Below are positions 29,574-40,607 of a stretch of DNA of 64,000 nt, piece after piece (position 1 is the stretch's first letter; each line of letters begins with the position of its first letter). Both the position numbers and the translations under genes were made by a program. Source of the DNA: Gemmatimonadota bacterium (GTDB lineage: Bacteria; Gemmatimonadota; Gemmatimonadetes; Longimicrobiales; Gaopeijiaceae). Under the pieces are notes generated by a model that searched no databases, was not told the DNA's origin, and saw nothing but the letters and a program-made list of their open reading frames with translations. Location of the stretch: positions 1,632,001-1,696,000 of the forward strand of contig JAXHMG010000003.1 of the NCBI GenBank assembly GCA_034521595.1, in the 5' to 3' direction.

Positions 29574-31324
29574 CCGGCCTCGAGAAACCAGGCCCGGTCC
29601 TCTTGCATGCGCTCGAGCGCGAAGAGGCGCGCGAGATCCGCGAGCATGTCCGACGCGTCCCCCGATGGTGCCTCCACCACGCCCTCCAGGAACGCCTCCA
29701 ACGCCAGCCGCTCTCCGTGTGCGACAGCCAGCGTCTCGAGGTGGTCCTGGCAGCGATTGAATGCCTCGAACGGCTCCACGCCGTCGTCGATGAACCCCTT
29801 TAGGCGACGAGCCGCCGACTCGAGGAGCCGCTCCTCACGGTAGCGGAACGCGGCCCGGTGGTACTCGGGGTCGCGGAGGTGGTCGCGGTCGGTGCGCCGG
29901 GTCGCGACGGGGTTCCGCTCCCGGACGGTCGTTCCGGCCCGCTCCGCGACGTAGCGTAGGGCGTCCATGAAGTGCAGGTCACCCATCTCCTCGCGGAACT
30001 GCGTGAGGAGGCTTTTCGCCACGAGCTGGAGGAGCACGGGATTGGCCCCCTCGAACGTGCTGAACACGTCTGTGTCGGCCCGGAGCCGTCCGAGACGATT
30101 GGCCGCGTGATACCCGCGTCCGCCCATGGCCTCGCGCGCCTCCTGGATAGCGTCGGCGGCGTGCCACGAGGCGAGGGCCTTTAGGACCGCGGCCCGAGCT
30201 TCCACCTCGCGAAGCCCTTCCTCGGTCCCCTCTCCCCCAGCCCTTCGCGCCCTCAGTACCTCCGCATATCGGCCGACGAGCTTCCTGACCGCGAAGTGAT
30301 ACGCATAGGTGGCCGCCACCCTGGGCAGGAGCCGGCGCTGATGCGAGGCGTAGTCGAGAACGGGCACCTCCACACCGTCTTCGGGCCCGAACTGGCGCCT
30401 CCGATCGGAATAGCGCACGCCGATCGTCAGTCCGACCTTCGCCGCGCTGACCGACGCCGCCGCGATCGAGATGCGGCCGGCCACGAGCGTGCCGAGCATG
30501 GTGAAAAAGCGGCGACCGGAGCTCTCGATGGTGCTCTCGTAACGGCCGCCTTCGGTCACCGTGGCGAAACGGTCGAGCAGGTGCTCCCGGGGCACGCGCA
30601 CCCGATCGAACCAGATCCGGCCGTTGTCCACGCCATTGAGCCCCACCTTCGGCCCGTTGTCCTCGATGCGGACGCCGGGCAGCGGCGCTCCGTCCTCGTC
30701 CCGAATCGGCACGACGAGCGCATGGACGCCATGCGCCTCACCTCTCACGGAGAGCTGGGCGAAGACGGTCGCCATCCGTCCGTCGAGCGCGGCGTTGCCG
30801 ATCCACTCCTTCCCCGCGCCCTCGTGCGGCGTGTCGAGCACGAATCCGTCCGTCTCGTCGTCCCACGTCGCGGTGGTCTCGAGCTCCCGCACGTTCGAGC
30901 CGTGCCCGATCTCCGTCATCGCGTAGCAGCCGGGTAGCTCGAGCGTGCCGATCTCGCGCAGCCATCGGTGATGGTGCTTCTCCGTTCCGAGCTGAAGCAC
31001 GCTCCCGCCCCAGAGCCCGAACTGCACGCCGAACTTGACCAGAATCGACGTATCCCCGAACGCGAGCGTCTCGAACACGGCAATGGCCCGCTCCGGCGCG
31101 TCTTCGCCTCCGTAAGCCCGCGGAAACGCGAGCCTACCCAGGCCCTCGGCCGCGAGTACCTCCACCGCCATGCGAACCCGGCGTCGGTGCTCGGCCCGGT
31201 CGATTTCCACCGGGATCAGGAAGGACTCGGTGGTGAGGAGATCGAGCACGCGCTGACGCAAGTCCGGATGCGGCTCACCGAGGTAAGGGACGAGTGAGGT
31301 GAGAAGCTGCATGTCGTCGGCCAT
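29381..31324 (-). CDS. Acyl-CoA oxidase-like acyl-CoA dehydrogenase
   Basis: GCYAMTEIGHGSNV, GLNGVDNG, REAMGGRGY, TFEGAN; C-terminal ACOX-like helical domain. Confidence 0.88.
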   Translation of the reverse strand: MADDMQLLTSLVPYLGEPHPDLRQRVLDLLTTESFLIPVEIDRAEHRRRVRMAVEVLAAEGLGRLAFPRAYGGEDAPERAIAVFETLAFGDTSILVKFGVQFGLWGGSVLQLGTEKHHHRWLREIGTLELPGCYAMTEIGHGSNVRELETTATWDDETDGFVLDTPHEGAGKEWIGNAALDGRMATVFAQLSVRGEAHGVHALVVPIRDEDGAPLPGVRIEDNGPKVGLNGVDNGRIWFDRVRVPREHLLDRFATVTEGGRYESTIESSGRRFFTMLGTLVAGRISIAAASVSAAKVGLTIGVRYSDRRRQFGPEDGVEVPVLDYASHQRRLLPRVAATYAYHFAVRKLVGRYAEVLRARRAGGEGTEEGLREVEARAAVLKALASWHAADAIQEAREAMGGRGYHAANRLGRLRADTDVFSTFEGANPVLLQLVAKSLLTQFREEMGDLHFMDALRYVAERAGTTVRERNPVATRRTDRDHLRDPEYHRAAFRYREERLLESAARRLKGFIDDGVEPFEAFNRCQDHLETLAVAHGERLALEAFLEGVVEAPSGDASDMLADLARLFALERMQEDRAWFLEAGYVEPVKSRAIRAEVGVLCRALRPVALTLVDGWGIPDAVLDAPDALGCVVMTTRPAPAPPRPAS

Positions 31325-31454
31325 GAGCGGTCGCGAAGGAAGCGGGGAGTCGTGGACCGCAGTGCGTACCGCGGCGCTTTGATTCGGGTTCCTGCGTGGG
31401 ATGGCATTCTGCTCACGTACACGGCCAGAAGGCGGCCGTTTGGCACACGTCCAG

Positions 31455-31472
31455 TATTCGGTTTATATTCGG
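31455..31472 (+). promoter_or_regulatory. Direct repeat TATTCGG-N4-TATTCGG overlapping a -10-like TATATT; candidate SOS operator
   Basis: 11-bp-period repeat 5 bp upstream of the dnaE2 GTG start. Confidence 0.55.
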
Positions 31473-31477
31473 CCATC

Positions 31478-34400
31478 GTGTACATCGAGCTCCACGCCCA
31501 CTCCGGCTTCTCCTTCCTGGACGGCGCCTCCCACCCGGAGGAGCTGGTGCTGCGCGCGAAGGAGCTCGGCTACCCCGCCCTGGCCCTCACCGACCACGAC
31601 GGGCTCTACGGCTCCATGGAGTTCGCCCAGACGGCGAAGCACTGGGACCTCCAGGCCATCACGGGGGCGGAGGTCACGCTCGAGGGTGGCCACCACGTCA
31701 CCCTCCTCGCCGAAACACCGACCGGCTACGCGAACCTGTGCCGCCTCATCACCGAGGCCCACATGACCTCCGAGCGAGGCTCGCCCCGGCTTCCCCTTCC
31801 CTCACTCCTGGAGCGCTCCACCGGGTTGATCCTGCTCACGGGGTGTCGGCGGAGCCCGCTGGCCGCCGCGCTCGACTCCTCGGTAGCGGACGGCGAGGCG
31901 CTCCTCCGCCAGCTCGTGAACGCGTTCGGTCCGGGAAGCGTCTTCGTCGAGCTCCAGGACAACGCGGTCCAGGGTGACCGGGCCCGGAATCGCGCACTCG
32001 CCCGCCTGGCGGACCGGATGGGTCTCGGAGTCGTGGCCACCGGCAACGTCCACTACCACCGCCCGGAGCGGCACCGACTCCAGGACGTGCTGGTGGCCAT
32101 CCGGAACCGCGCTACGCTCGACGGCGCTCACGGCTTCCGGCGGGCAAACCGGCTCTTCCACCTGGTCGATCCCCGGGAGATGGAACACCGCTTCGAAAAC
32201 CGCCGCGAAGCGCTCACCAACACGCTGCTCATCGCCGAGCGGTGCGCGAGCTTCGACCTGACCGAAGACCTGGGCTACGAGTTCCCGGACTTCGAGGGGG
32301 CGGGAGGGAGCGGAGCGGACGGACGCGGCCTCACGAGTGGACGTACGGCTCCGGCGGGATCCACCGGCCGGGAGGGCGCGGCTCTCCGCACCCTGGCCGC
32401 CGTCTGCCGGGCGAAGATCTCCGAGCGGTACCGGCCCGGAAGCCGCGAAGCCGAGGACGCCGAAGCCCGCCTCCAGCAGGAGCTCGCGCTCGTCGACCTG
32501 CACGGGCTCGCCGGCTTCTTCCTGGTCTACCGCGACATCATGGAGCTCGCGGCGGAGGTCGCGCGTGAGGTCCGAGGGAGAGCGTCCCGGGCCCGCTCGG
32601 GACTTCCACCGGGCCGGGGGCGCGGCTCGTCGGTGTCGAGCATCATCTGCTACCTGATCGGGCTCTCGCACATCGATCCGGTCAGGAACCGACTCTCCCT
32701 CGGCCGCTTCCTCAACGAAGCGCTCCGGAGCGTGCCCGACATCGACCTCGACTTTCCCCGGGCCATCCGCGAGGAGCTCATCCTCCGGGTCCACGAGAAG
32801 TACGGCCACGACCACACGGGGCTCGTCTGCACCTTCCCGACGTATCGGCTCCGTTCGGCCGTGCGCGAGATCGGCAAGGTGCTCGATCTCCCCATGGGCG
32901 AGCTCGAGAAGCTCTCCAAGCTGGCCGAGCGCCGTTCCGCCTCGGGACTCGCCGAAGAGATCGCCCGGCTCCCGGAGTTCAAGGATCGAGCCGACGCACG
33001 CCTTTGGAAGCTGCTCGGCGAGCTGGCCGAGGACATCTCGGGTCTGCCCCGCCACATCTCGCAGCACGTGGGCGGGATGATCGTTTCGAGCCGACCCCTC
33101 CTCGAGCTCGTCCCGCTCGAGCCCGCGGCGTGGGAAGGCCGATTCCTCTGTCAGTGGGACAAGGATTCGTGCGAGGACGCGGGCTTCATCAAGATCGACT
33201 TCCTCGCCCTCGGCATGCTCTCGCTCGTGGAGGAGAGCATCGACCTGATCTCGGAGCGGCACGGGGAGGCTCCGGACCTGTCCCGCATCGACTTCGAGGA
33301 CCAGGTCGTCTACGACCGCCTGGCCGAGGGCGACACGGTGGGCGTCTTCCAGATCGAGAGCCGCGCCCAGATCCAGATGCTCCGGCGCACCCGTCCCCGA
33401 AATCTCGAGGACCTGGCCGTGCAGGTGGCCATCGTGCGGCCGGGCCCGATCGTGGGCGGCGCGGTGAACCCGTACGTGCGGCGGCGCGAGCTGCTCCGCG
33501 AGAACCCGAGCTACGAGGTCCCCTACGCCCACCCCCTCCTGGAAGACGCCCTCGGCGAGACCCTCGGCGTGGTGATCTATCAGGACCAGGTGCTCGGGGT
33601 GTGCCAGGCCCTCGCGGGCTTCACCGACGGGCAGGCCGAGTCGCTCCGCCGCGCGATGAGCCGGAAACGCTCAAAGGAGGCGCTCGCCGCCCACTGGGAA
33701 GCGTTTCGGGACGGCGCGGCGGCCAACGGCGTGGACGAGACCACCGCGCGCGAGGTATTCGCCCAGGTGACCGCGTTCTCCGAGTTCGGCTTCCCCAAGT
33801 CGCACGCGGTCGCGTTCGGGCTCCTCGCCTATCAATCGGCGTGGCTCCGGCACTACTATCCCGTCGAGTTCTACGTCGCCCTCTTCAACAACCAGCCCAT
33901 GGGCTTTTACTCGCTCGACGCGCTCGGCCGGGACGCGCGCCGGAACGGCATCCGGACCCTGCTTCCGGACGTGAACCGGAGCCGGGTCCGGTGCACCGCC
34001 GAAGACGGGGATCTGCGCATCGGACTCGGACTCGTACGCGGGTGGGGAGAGGAGATCGCCGAACGGGTGGTCGCCGAGCGCGACCGCCGCGGGCCGTTCC
34101 ACTCGCTCGTGGACTTCCTCCGGCGCACTCCCGCCGCCCTCAAACGGCCGGCCGTCGAGAACCTGATCTGGGTGGGCGGCTTCGAGGCGCTCGGCCTCAC
34201 GCGCCGCGAGCTGCTCTGGCAGTCCGGGCTCTGGCTCGGTCCCGACGGCAACGACGAACGGACCGGCGGCCGGGACGACCACGCCCAGACCGAGCTCGCG
34301 CTCGACGACCCGTATGCGGACCGGCCGTTCCCGGACCTCGACGCGAACGACCGCATGGTCGCCGAGTACCGCATGCTCCGCTTCTCGGCGGAGAAGCACC

Positions 34401-34903
34401 CCCTCACCCTGCTCCAGGACGCGCTCCCGAGAGGGACCGTCCCGTCGAGCCGGCTCCCCGACCTCCGTCAGGGGAGCACCGTCCAAGTCGCCGGGCTCGT
34501 CACCACCCGCCAGCGCCCGGGCACCGCCAAGGGCTACGTCTTCGTCCTCATGGAGGACGAGCACGGCCCGGTGAACGTCATCGTGAAGCCCGATGTCTAC
34601 GTGCGGGACCGGCACGCGGTGCGCATGGAGCCGTTCCTCACCGTTCGCGGGCGCCTCCAGAAGGACGGTGCCACCCTGAACGTCATCGCCGAGCGAGTGG
34701 AGGCGCTGCGCGTGCCGGAGCGGGCGGCACCACAGCGCGGGCTGGCGCGAAGCTCCCTGCCCCGCACCACCGAGTACTGGACGGATCCGGCCGATCCGGG
34801 GGCCGACAACGACGGACCGGCCCCGGAGGGGACGGAAGGTTCCCGGTTTCGCTATCTCTCCGCGCTTCGTGAATCCCCTCCCGACATCAAGAGCTGGGGG
34901 TGA
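31478..34903 (+). CDS. dnaE2: Error-prone DNA polymerase DnaE2 (ImuC)
   Basis: PHP ELHAHSGFSFLDG, GRGSS, PDIDLD, QWDKD, FPKSHA, NNQPMGFY, QRPGTAKG OB fold. Confidence 0.92.
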   Translation: MYIELHAHSGFSFLDGASHPEELVLRAKELGYPALALTDHDGLYGSMEFAQTAKHWDLQAITGAEVTLEGGHHVTLLAETPTGYANLCRLITEAHMTSERGSPRLPLPSLLERSTGLILLTGCRRSPLAAALDSSVADGEALLRQLVNAFGPGSVFVELQDNAVQGDRARNRALARLADRMGLGVVATGNVHYHRPERHRLQDVLVAIRNRATLDGAHGFRRANRLFHLVDPREMEHRFENRREALTNTLLIAERCASFDLTEDLGYEFPDFEGAGGSGADGRGLTSGRTAPAGSTGREGAALRTLAAVCRAKISERYRPGSREAEDAEARLQQELALVDLHGLAGFFLVYRDIMELAAEVAREVRGRASRARSGLPPGRGRGSSVSSIICYLIGLSHIDPVRNRLSLGRFLNEALRSVPDIDLDFPRAIREELILRVHEKYGHDHTGLVCTFPTYRLRSAVREIGKVLDLPMGELEKLSKLAERRSASGLAEEIARLPEFKDRADARLWKLLGELAEDISGLPRHISQHVGGMIVSSRPLLELVPLEPAAWEGRFLCQWDKDSCEDAGFIKIDFLALGMLSLVEESIDLISERHGEAPDLSRIDFEDQVVYDRLAEGDTVGVFQIESRAQIQMLRRTRPRNLEDLAVQVAIVRPGPIVGGAVNPYVRRRELLRENPSYEVPYAHPLLEDALGETLGVVIYQDQVLGVCQALAGFTDGQAESLRRAMSRKRSKEALAAHWEAFRDGAAANGVDETTAREVFAQVTAFSEFGFPKSHAVAFGLLAYQSAWLRHYYPVEFYVALFNNQPMGFYSLDALGRDARRNGIRTLLPDVNRSRVRCTAEDGDLRIGLGLVRGWGEEIAERVVAERDRRGPFHSLVDFLRRTPAALKRPAVENLIWVGGFEALGLTRRELLWQSGLWLGPDGNDERTGGRDDHAQTELALDDPYADRPFPDLDANDRMVAEYRMLRFSAEKHPLTLLQDALPRGTVPSSRLPDLRQGSTVQVAGLVTTRQRPGTAKGYVFVLMEDEHGPVNVIVKPDVYVRDRHAVRMEPFLTVRGRLQKDGATLNVIAERVEALRVPERAAPQRGLARSSLPRTTEYWTDPADPGADNDGPAPEGTEGSRFRYLSALRESPPDIKSWG

Positions 34904-34948
34904 GATGCACGAACCGCCGCCGCGCCACCCACTTCAGCAGATCACACC

Positions 34949-35350
34949 ATGCGCAAGCTGACCCCCATCCTCACCGTCGAAGCGATCGAGCCCTGCCTTC
35001 CGTTCTGGACCGACGTGCTCGGCTTCGAGGTGCCCGTCACCGTACCTCACGAAGACACGATCGGCTTCGCCATCCTGCAGAAGGACGGAGTCGAGCTGAT
35101 GTACCAGACCCGCGCGAGCATCGACGCCGACCTCGGTGAGTCGGACGCCCCCGCCGAGCTCGGTCGCGAGCTGGCCGGCGGAAGCGCCCTCCTCTTCGTC
35201 GAAGTCGACGCGATCGACCCGCTCCTTCCGAAGCTGGACGGCGTCGAGGTGGTGGTGCCGCGCCGCCGGACGTTCTACGGCATGGACGAGGTGTTCGTCC
35301 GCGCTCCGTGCGGCACCGTCGTGGGATTCGCCGCGAAGGTGGAGGAGTAG
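34949..35350 (+). CDS. VOC/glyoxalase family protein
   Basis: LTPILTV..FWTDVLGF, TFYGMDE..APCG. Confidence 0.85.
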   Translation: MRKLTPILTVEAIEPCLPFWTDVLGFEVPVTVPHEDTIGFAILQKDGVELMYQTRASIDADLGESDAPAELGRELAGGSALLFVEVDAIDPLLPKLDGVEVVVPRRRTFYGMDEVFVRAPCGTVVGFAAKVEE

Positions 35351-35392
35351 TACGCGGTACGGGCTCGGCTCCGGTGGTCGGCAGTCCGTGCG

Positions 35393-35836
35393 TCAGTCCA
35401 GCCGCTCGACCACCACCGCCCCCCAGGGACAGAACCGCTCGACCCTCTCGATCCAGTAGTCGAGATCGTCTTCGACCATGCTGGGACGCCCGTCGCAAAC
35501 CTCGATCGATACGTCCGGCGCCTCCACGGTCGAAGGCACCATGTGCCAGCTCCACGGCTCGTTGTATCCACTGTCGCCGGCTGCGAGCTCGCCTGTAAGC
35601 ACGCCTTCCTCTCCCGACGCGAGGCGGGCTTCGAGCGCGGCGACCTGCTCGGCGCTCGTGACCTCGAGGACGAACGTCTCCCCGCTCACTTCGACACCGT
35701 AGCGCACCGGCGCCTCGGGCATGAACGAGGATTCGTCGCAGGCGGTAGCGAGCGGCAGCGTGAAGAGGAGCGCCGCCGGGAACGACCTGGACAACGGAAG
35801 GAGCGATGGACGAAAGCGTGGTGTTCCTGAACTCAT
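35393..35836 (-). CDS. Small lipoprotein, BP74-like domain
   Basis: Lipobox ATAC; GYNEPWSWH, EVCDGRP, FCPW. Confidence 0.75.
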   Translation of the reverse strand: MSSGTPRFRPSLLPLSRSFPAALLFTLPLATACDESSFMPEAPVRYGVEVSGETFVLEVTSAEQVAALEARLASGEEGVLTGELAAGDSGYNEPWSWHMVPSTVEAPDVSIEVCDGRPSMVEDDLDYWIERVERFCPWGAVVVERLD

Positions 35837-35951
35837 ATCGACCCCATCATATCGTGCGTGCATGATCATCGTCCGGATTCCACGGGGATCCGTAACCCCG
35901 CCCGGGACTACGGAACGAATGGACGACAGGGTTCATGACACGCTCAGCCCC

Positions 35952-37952
35952 TCACCCCCGCGGCCAGAGGTTGTTGCTGCGGTCCACGTCGGGCGCATAG
36001 CCCGAGGGGTCGATCTCCACGCGCGTCACCCGTCCTGCATCCGCGGGAAGCTGGTAATGGTGGCGCACCTCGCCCCGCAGCCAGTGCTCGACGGGGATCT
36101 CGTACTCGATGGTCTCTCCCTCCGTCGTTCGCACGCGAACTTGGGCTGGGAAGGGGGCGAGCCCCCGATCCCGGACGATGACGATCGGGCCTTCACCGTT
36201 CGGCGTCTGCACGTTCTCCACGGCGTGGTCGAGGGTCCACGTCTCGTAGTAGAACGAGGTCCAGAACCAGTCGAGCTCGCGGTCGGCGACTCGCTCGAAG
36301 GTGTTGAAGAAGTCCCAGGGCGTGGGGTGCTTGTAGGCCCACTCGGAAAGGAAGGTTCGATAGGCTTCGGTCCACACGTCCTCGCCCAGCACCTGCCTGA
36401 GCGCGACCATGAGCGTGGCGGGCTTCATGTACGACGCGATGCCGTAGCCGGGACCGGGCTCGTAGTAGTCGCCGTGGCGCATCATGCTCTGCTCGAGCCC
36501 GGCACGGGCGACCTGTAGGTAGATGCGGGCCTCGAGCCTGTGGTGATCCACACCCGGCCAGATCTCCATCCGGCTCTCACTCTCGAGGAAGGTCGTCATG
36601 CCCTCGTCCATCCAGGCGTGGCGCTTCTCGTTGGTGCTCACGATCATGGGCACCCACATGTGGGCGAGCTCGTGCGAGGTGACGTTGAAGAGCTCCTGCT
36701 CACCCCGGCCCTCGTACGAGCCCATCACCGTCATCATCGGATATTCCATGCCCCCACCGATGATGTCGGCGCCTTCGACGGACGTCATATGGGGCCACGG
36801 GTAGGAGATGCCGGTGTACTCGGAGTGGAACTCGATGGACTGCTTCCCGTAGCGCCATTGCTCGGACCAGAGGGGAGCGCGGTCCTCGCGCCAGAAGGAG
36901 TGGATGAGCACCCGGTCGTCCTCGCCGTCCCCGTCCCGGTCCGGGACCACGGCGGAGGTGGCGTCCCAACGCTGTACGTTCGACGTGGTCCACGCGAAGT
37001 CCCGCACGCTGTCCGCCGCGAACTCGTAGGTGAGCCACCCGTCCTGGCCTTCCGTGGTGATCGTGCCGGCGTCCCGCTCCGCCTGCCCCGCGATGGTGAC
37101 GCGCTCGTCGGACGTCGCAGCCTCGGCGAGTCGGTCCCGGGTGACGGCCGTATAGACTTGCGTCGGATTCTCGAGCTCGCCGGTCGCCATGACCGTCCAC
37201 CCTTCGGGCACGGAGAGCGACGCACGATAGTCCCCGAATCCGTCGTGGAACTCCGCGTTGCCCAGATAGGGCTCGGCGTCCCACCCGCGGAGCGCGTCGA
37301 AGGTGGCCATCTTGGGGAACCAGTACCCGACGAAGTAGACCTCCCGGTCGGAATAGCCCATGCGCCCGGCCCCGGACTGGGGCAACTCGACGCTCCATTC
37401 GATCTCCAGCTCGAGCGTGTCCCCCTGCTCGACGGCCTCGGGAAGTCCGAGCTCCATGAGGGTCCCCTGCACACGGTACGCGGAACCGTCATTCGGATTC
37501 CCTTCCTGGATGGTGTCCTCCTGAACGACGACGCTCTCCAGCGTCATTCCGCCGGTGACTTCCTCCACCGACCGTCGCGGCACCCCTTCCTTGTGCAGAT
37601 TCTGATGGAGGTGTAGCTGCACGGTACCGAGGGTGGCCGGCGCGTTGTTCGCGTACCGGATGCGCACCGATCCGTCCAGACGGCCCGTCTCGGGGTCCAG
37701 TCGCCCCTCCAGGTCGTACGACGTCCACTGCTGCCAGTACGAATCGGTCGGGCTCCCGTCCGGCGCCCTCCATCCGCGCTCCACGGACGCCCGGTACGGT
37801 CGAGGGGGCGTGACGGCCTGCGGGATCGGGCGCACGTCGATCACCCCCTGCTCCTGCTGCGCCGACAGCGGGTGGGCCAAGACGCCGACGAAAACGGCGC
37901 AGACGAGCAGCGCCGCGGGAATCGCGGTACGGACGGACAGGGGTTTCGTCAT
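35952..37952 (-). CDS. Secreted M1 family metallo-aminopeptidase
   Basis: GGMEYP, HELAH..WMDEG Zn motif; signal peptide. Confidence 0.92.
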   Translation of the reverse strand: MTKPLSVRTAIPAALLVCAVFVGVLAHPLSAQQEQGVIDVRPIPQAVTPPRPYRASVERGWRAPDGSPTDSYWQQWTSYDLEGRLDPETGRLDGSVRIRYANNAPATLGTVQLHLHQNLHKEGVPRRSVEEVTGGMTLESVVVQEDTIQEGNPNDGSAYRVQGTLMELGLPEAVEQGDTLELEIEWSVELPQSGAGRMGYSDREVYFVGYWFPKMATFDALRGWDAEPYLGNAEFHDGFGDYRASLSVPEGWTVMATGELENPTQVYTAVTRDRLAEAATSDERVTIAGQAERDAGTITTEGQDGWLTYEFAADSVRDFAWTTSNVQRWDATSAVVPDRDGDGEDDRVLIHSFWREDRAPLWSEQWRYGKQSIEFHSEYTGISYPWPHMTSVEGADIIGGGMEYPMMTVMGSYEGRGEQELFNVTSHELAHMWVPMIVSTNEKRHAWMDEGMTTFLESESRMEIWPGVDHHRLEARIYLQVARAGLEQSMMRHGDYYEPGPGYGIASYMKPATLMVALRQVLGEDVWTEAYRTFLSEWAYKHPTPWDFFNTFERVADRELDWFWTSFYYETWTLDHAVENVQTPNGEGPIVIVRDRGLAPFPAQVRVRTTEGETIEYEIPVEHWLRGEVRHHYQLPADAGRVTRVEIDPSGYAPDVDRSNNLWPRG

Positions 37953-37962
37953 TATTTCTTCC

Positions 37963-38847
37963 TCAAGGATTCCGTTTCAGGTAGAAGGCTACACCGGCCC
38001 AGTCGGTCGCGGCCGAGAACATGTCGAAATACCGATCGACCTCCTCGCGTCCCATGTACGGAGCGAGCTCGTCCCGCACCTCTGCTTCGAAGCGCTCGGC
38101 GTCCTCCTCTTCGTCCCCGTTCTCGAGCGCCACCCGGACACGCGCTTCCAGCGCCTCGAGCCTGGAGGCGAGCTGGGTTCGCCGCTCCTCCACGTCGTCG
38201 TGGATGCCGAAGTGCGTGACCGCGGCCCGCTCCGCTCCGATCCCGCCGACTTCCTCCAACGTCCCCTCCCACGCCCGCAGATCGACTCCGGGAGGCGGCG
38301 TGGCCGGATGGGTGGGACCGCCGCCGAGCACGATGCCCAGCGCGTCACCGGAGAACAACGTGCCGTCCCGCTCGTCCAGGTAGGCCAGGTGGTGCGCGAT
38401 GTGTCCGGGCGTATGAATCGGACGCAGCCGTTTCCACGGCCCCTCCTCGCCGGTCCTCCATGCACGCACACGATCCGCGGGCACCGGCTTCACTTCTCCC
38501 CACAGTCGATCGTGTGCATCTCCGAAGGTCCTCCGCGTGCTGGCGACCAGGCGTTCCGGGCTCACCATATGTGACGCGCCATCCTCGTGCACGTGCACAA
38601 CCGCGTTCGGGAAGCGCTCCACGAGGTGCCCCGTCGCGCCTGCGTGATCGAGGTGGACGTGCGTCAACGCGACGTGCCGCAGATCACCGGCCCCGAGCCC
38701 GCGCTGCGCCAGTTCGTCCACGAGACGGTCGAGCGTGGTGGTCGGGCCCGGATCGACGACGGTGGGCTCTGCGGCATCGATCAGATAGCACGCGATCGCC
38801 CCCTCGAGCCCCAGATGCAACAGGTCCATGCACTCCGGCTTGTTCAT
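37963..38847 (-). CDS. Metallo-beta-lactamase-fold hydrolase
   Basis: THVHLDHAG, TPGH, GDALG, THFG. Confidence 0.9.
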   Translation of the reverse strand: MNKPECMDLLHLGLEGAIACYLIDAAEPTVVDPGPTTTLDRLVDELAQRGLGAGDLRHVALTHVHLDHAGATGHLVERFPNAVVHVHEDGASHMVSPERLVASTRRTFGDAHDRLWGEVKPVPADRVRAWRTGEEGPWKRLRPIHTPGHIAHHLAYLDERDGTLFSGDALGIVLGGGPTHPATPPPGVDLRAWEGTLEEVGGIGAERAAVTHFGIHDDVEERRTQLASRLEALEARVRVALENGDEEEDAERFEAEVRDELAPYMGREEVDRYFDMFSAATDWAGVAFYLKRNP

Positions 38848-38871
38848 GAAACGTTCAGCCTCCCTGGAATG

Positions 38872-38901
38872 AAAAGAGGGGCGCCCCGCGGGGCGCCCCT
38901 C
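38872..38901 (-). terminator. Intrinsic terminator of gltA
   Basis: Perfect palindrome GAGGGGCGCCCCGCGGGGCGCCCCTC followed by TTTT on the minus strand. Confidence 0.8.
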
Positions 38902-38948
38902 CAGAACCACCGCCACGGATGCGGCGCGTCACCTCCGGACGCGAGGCG

Positions 38949-40259
<1,311 letters not shown>

Positions 40260-40311
40260 GAAATGTCTCCGTTGGCTTGTCTGGATCGCCGGAATGCGGC
40301 GGAGGAGCCTG

Positions 40312-40340
40312 ATTATATCGACCGCGACGCCCGGTCCCAA
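40312..40340 (-). promoter_or_regulatory. Sigma70 promoter of gltA, TTGGGA-N17-TATAAT
   Basis: Consensus -10 box with 17-bp spacing. Confidence 0.7.
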
Positions 40341-40355
40341 GGGCGGACATACCAA

Positions 40356-40438
40356 TGCCGGGGGCGGGATTCGAACCCGCACGCCCTCGCGGACAGCGGC
40401 TTTTGAGGCCGCCGCGTCTACCGTTCCGCCACCCCGGC
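40356..40438 (-). tRNA. tRNA-Leu (CAA)
   Basis: GCCGGGG acceptor stem, anticodon arm GCGGC-CTCAAAA-GCCGC, long variable arm, GTTCGAATC T-loop; CCA not encoded. Confidence 0.95.
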
Positions 40439-40607
40439 CACGTCAGACCCGCAAGCTAACGCCGCGTGCACCCACCGCTCAATACGTGACGAAGGCCGTC
40501 CAGCCACCTGACAGAGTCCCCGACTTCTCGCATCATTAGTGTTCACTCAGCATCGACATTTCGGATGCGCATGCAGGCGCCACCGACGTACGAACACAGG
40601 AGCCACC

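Noticed and set aside
32290..32385. Possible intein in dnaE2
   Set aside because: Only about 30 aa, Gly/Ser-rich, with no C/S...HN splice motifs; a flexible linker
31802..34872. Long alternative-frame ORFs inside dnaE2 (576 aa, 622 aa)
   Set aside because: Antisense or Arg/Pro/Gly-rich off-frame translations typical of high-GC DNA
35891..35920. GTAACC...CGAA ECF-like promoter on the plus strand
   Set aside because: No credible downstream plus-strand gene; it would only fire antisense into the peptidase
40260..40438. Genomic island integrated at tRNA-Leu
   Set aside because: No integrase, no duplicated tRNA 3' end noticed, and housekeeping genes on both sides
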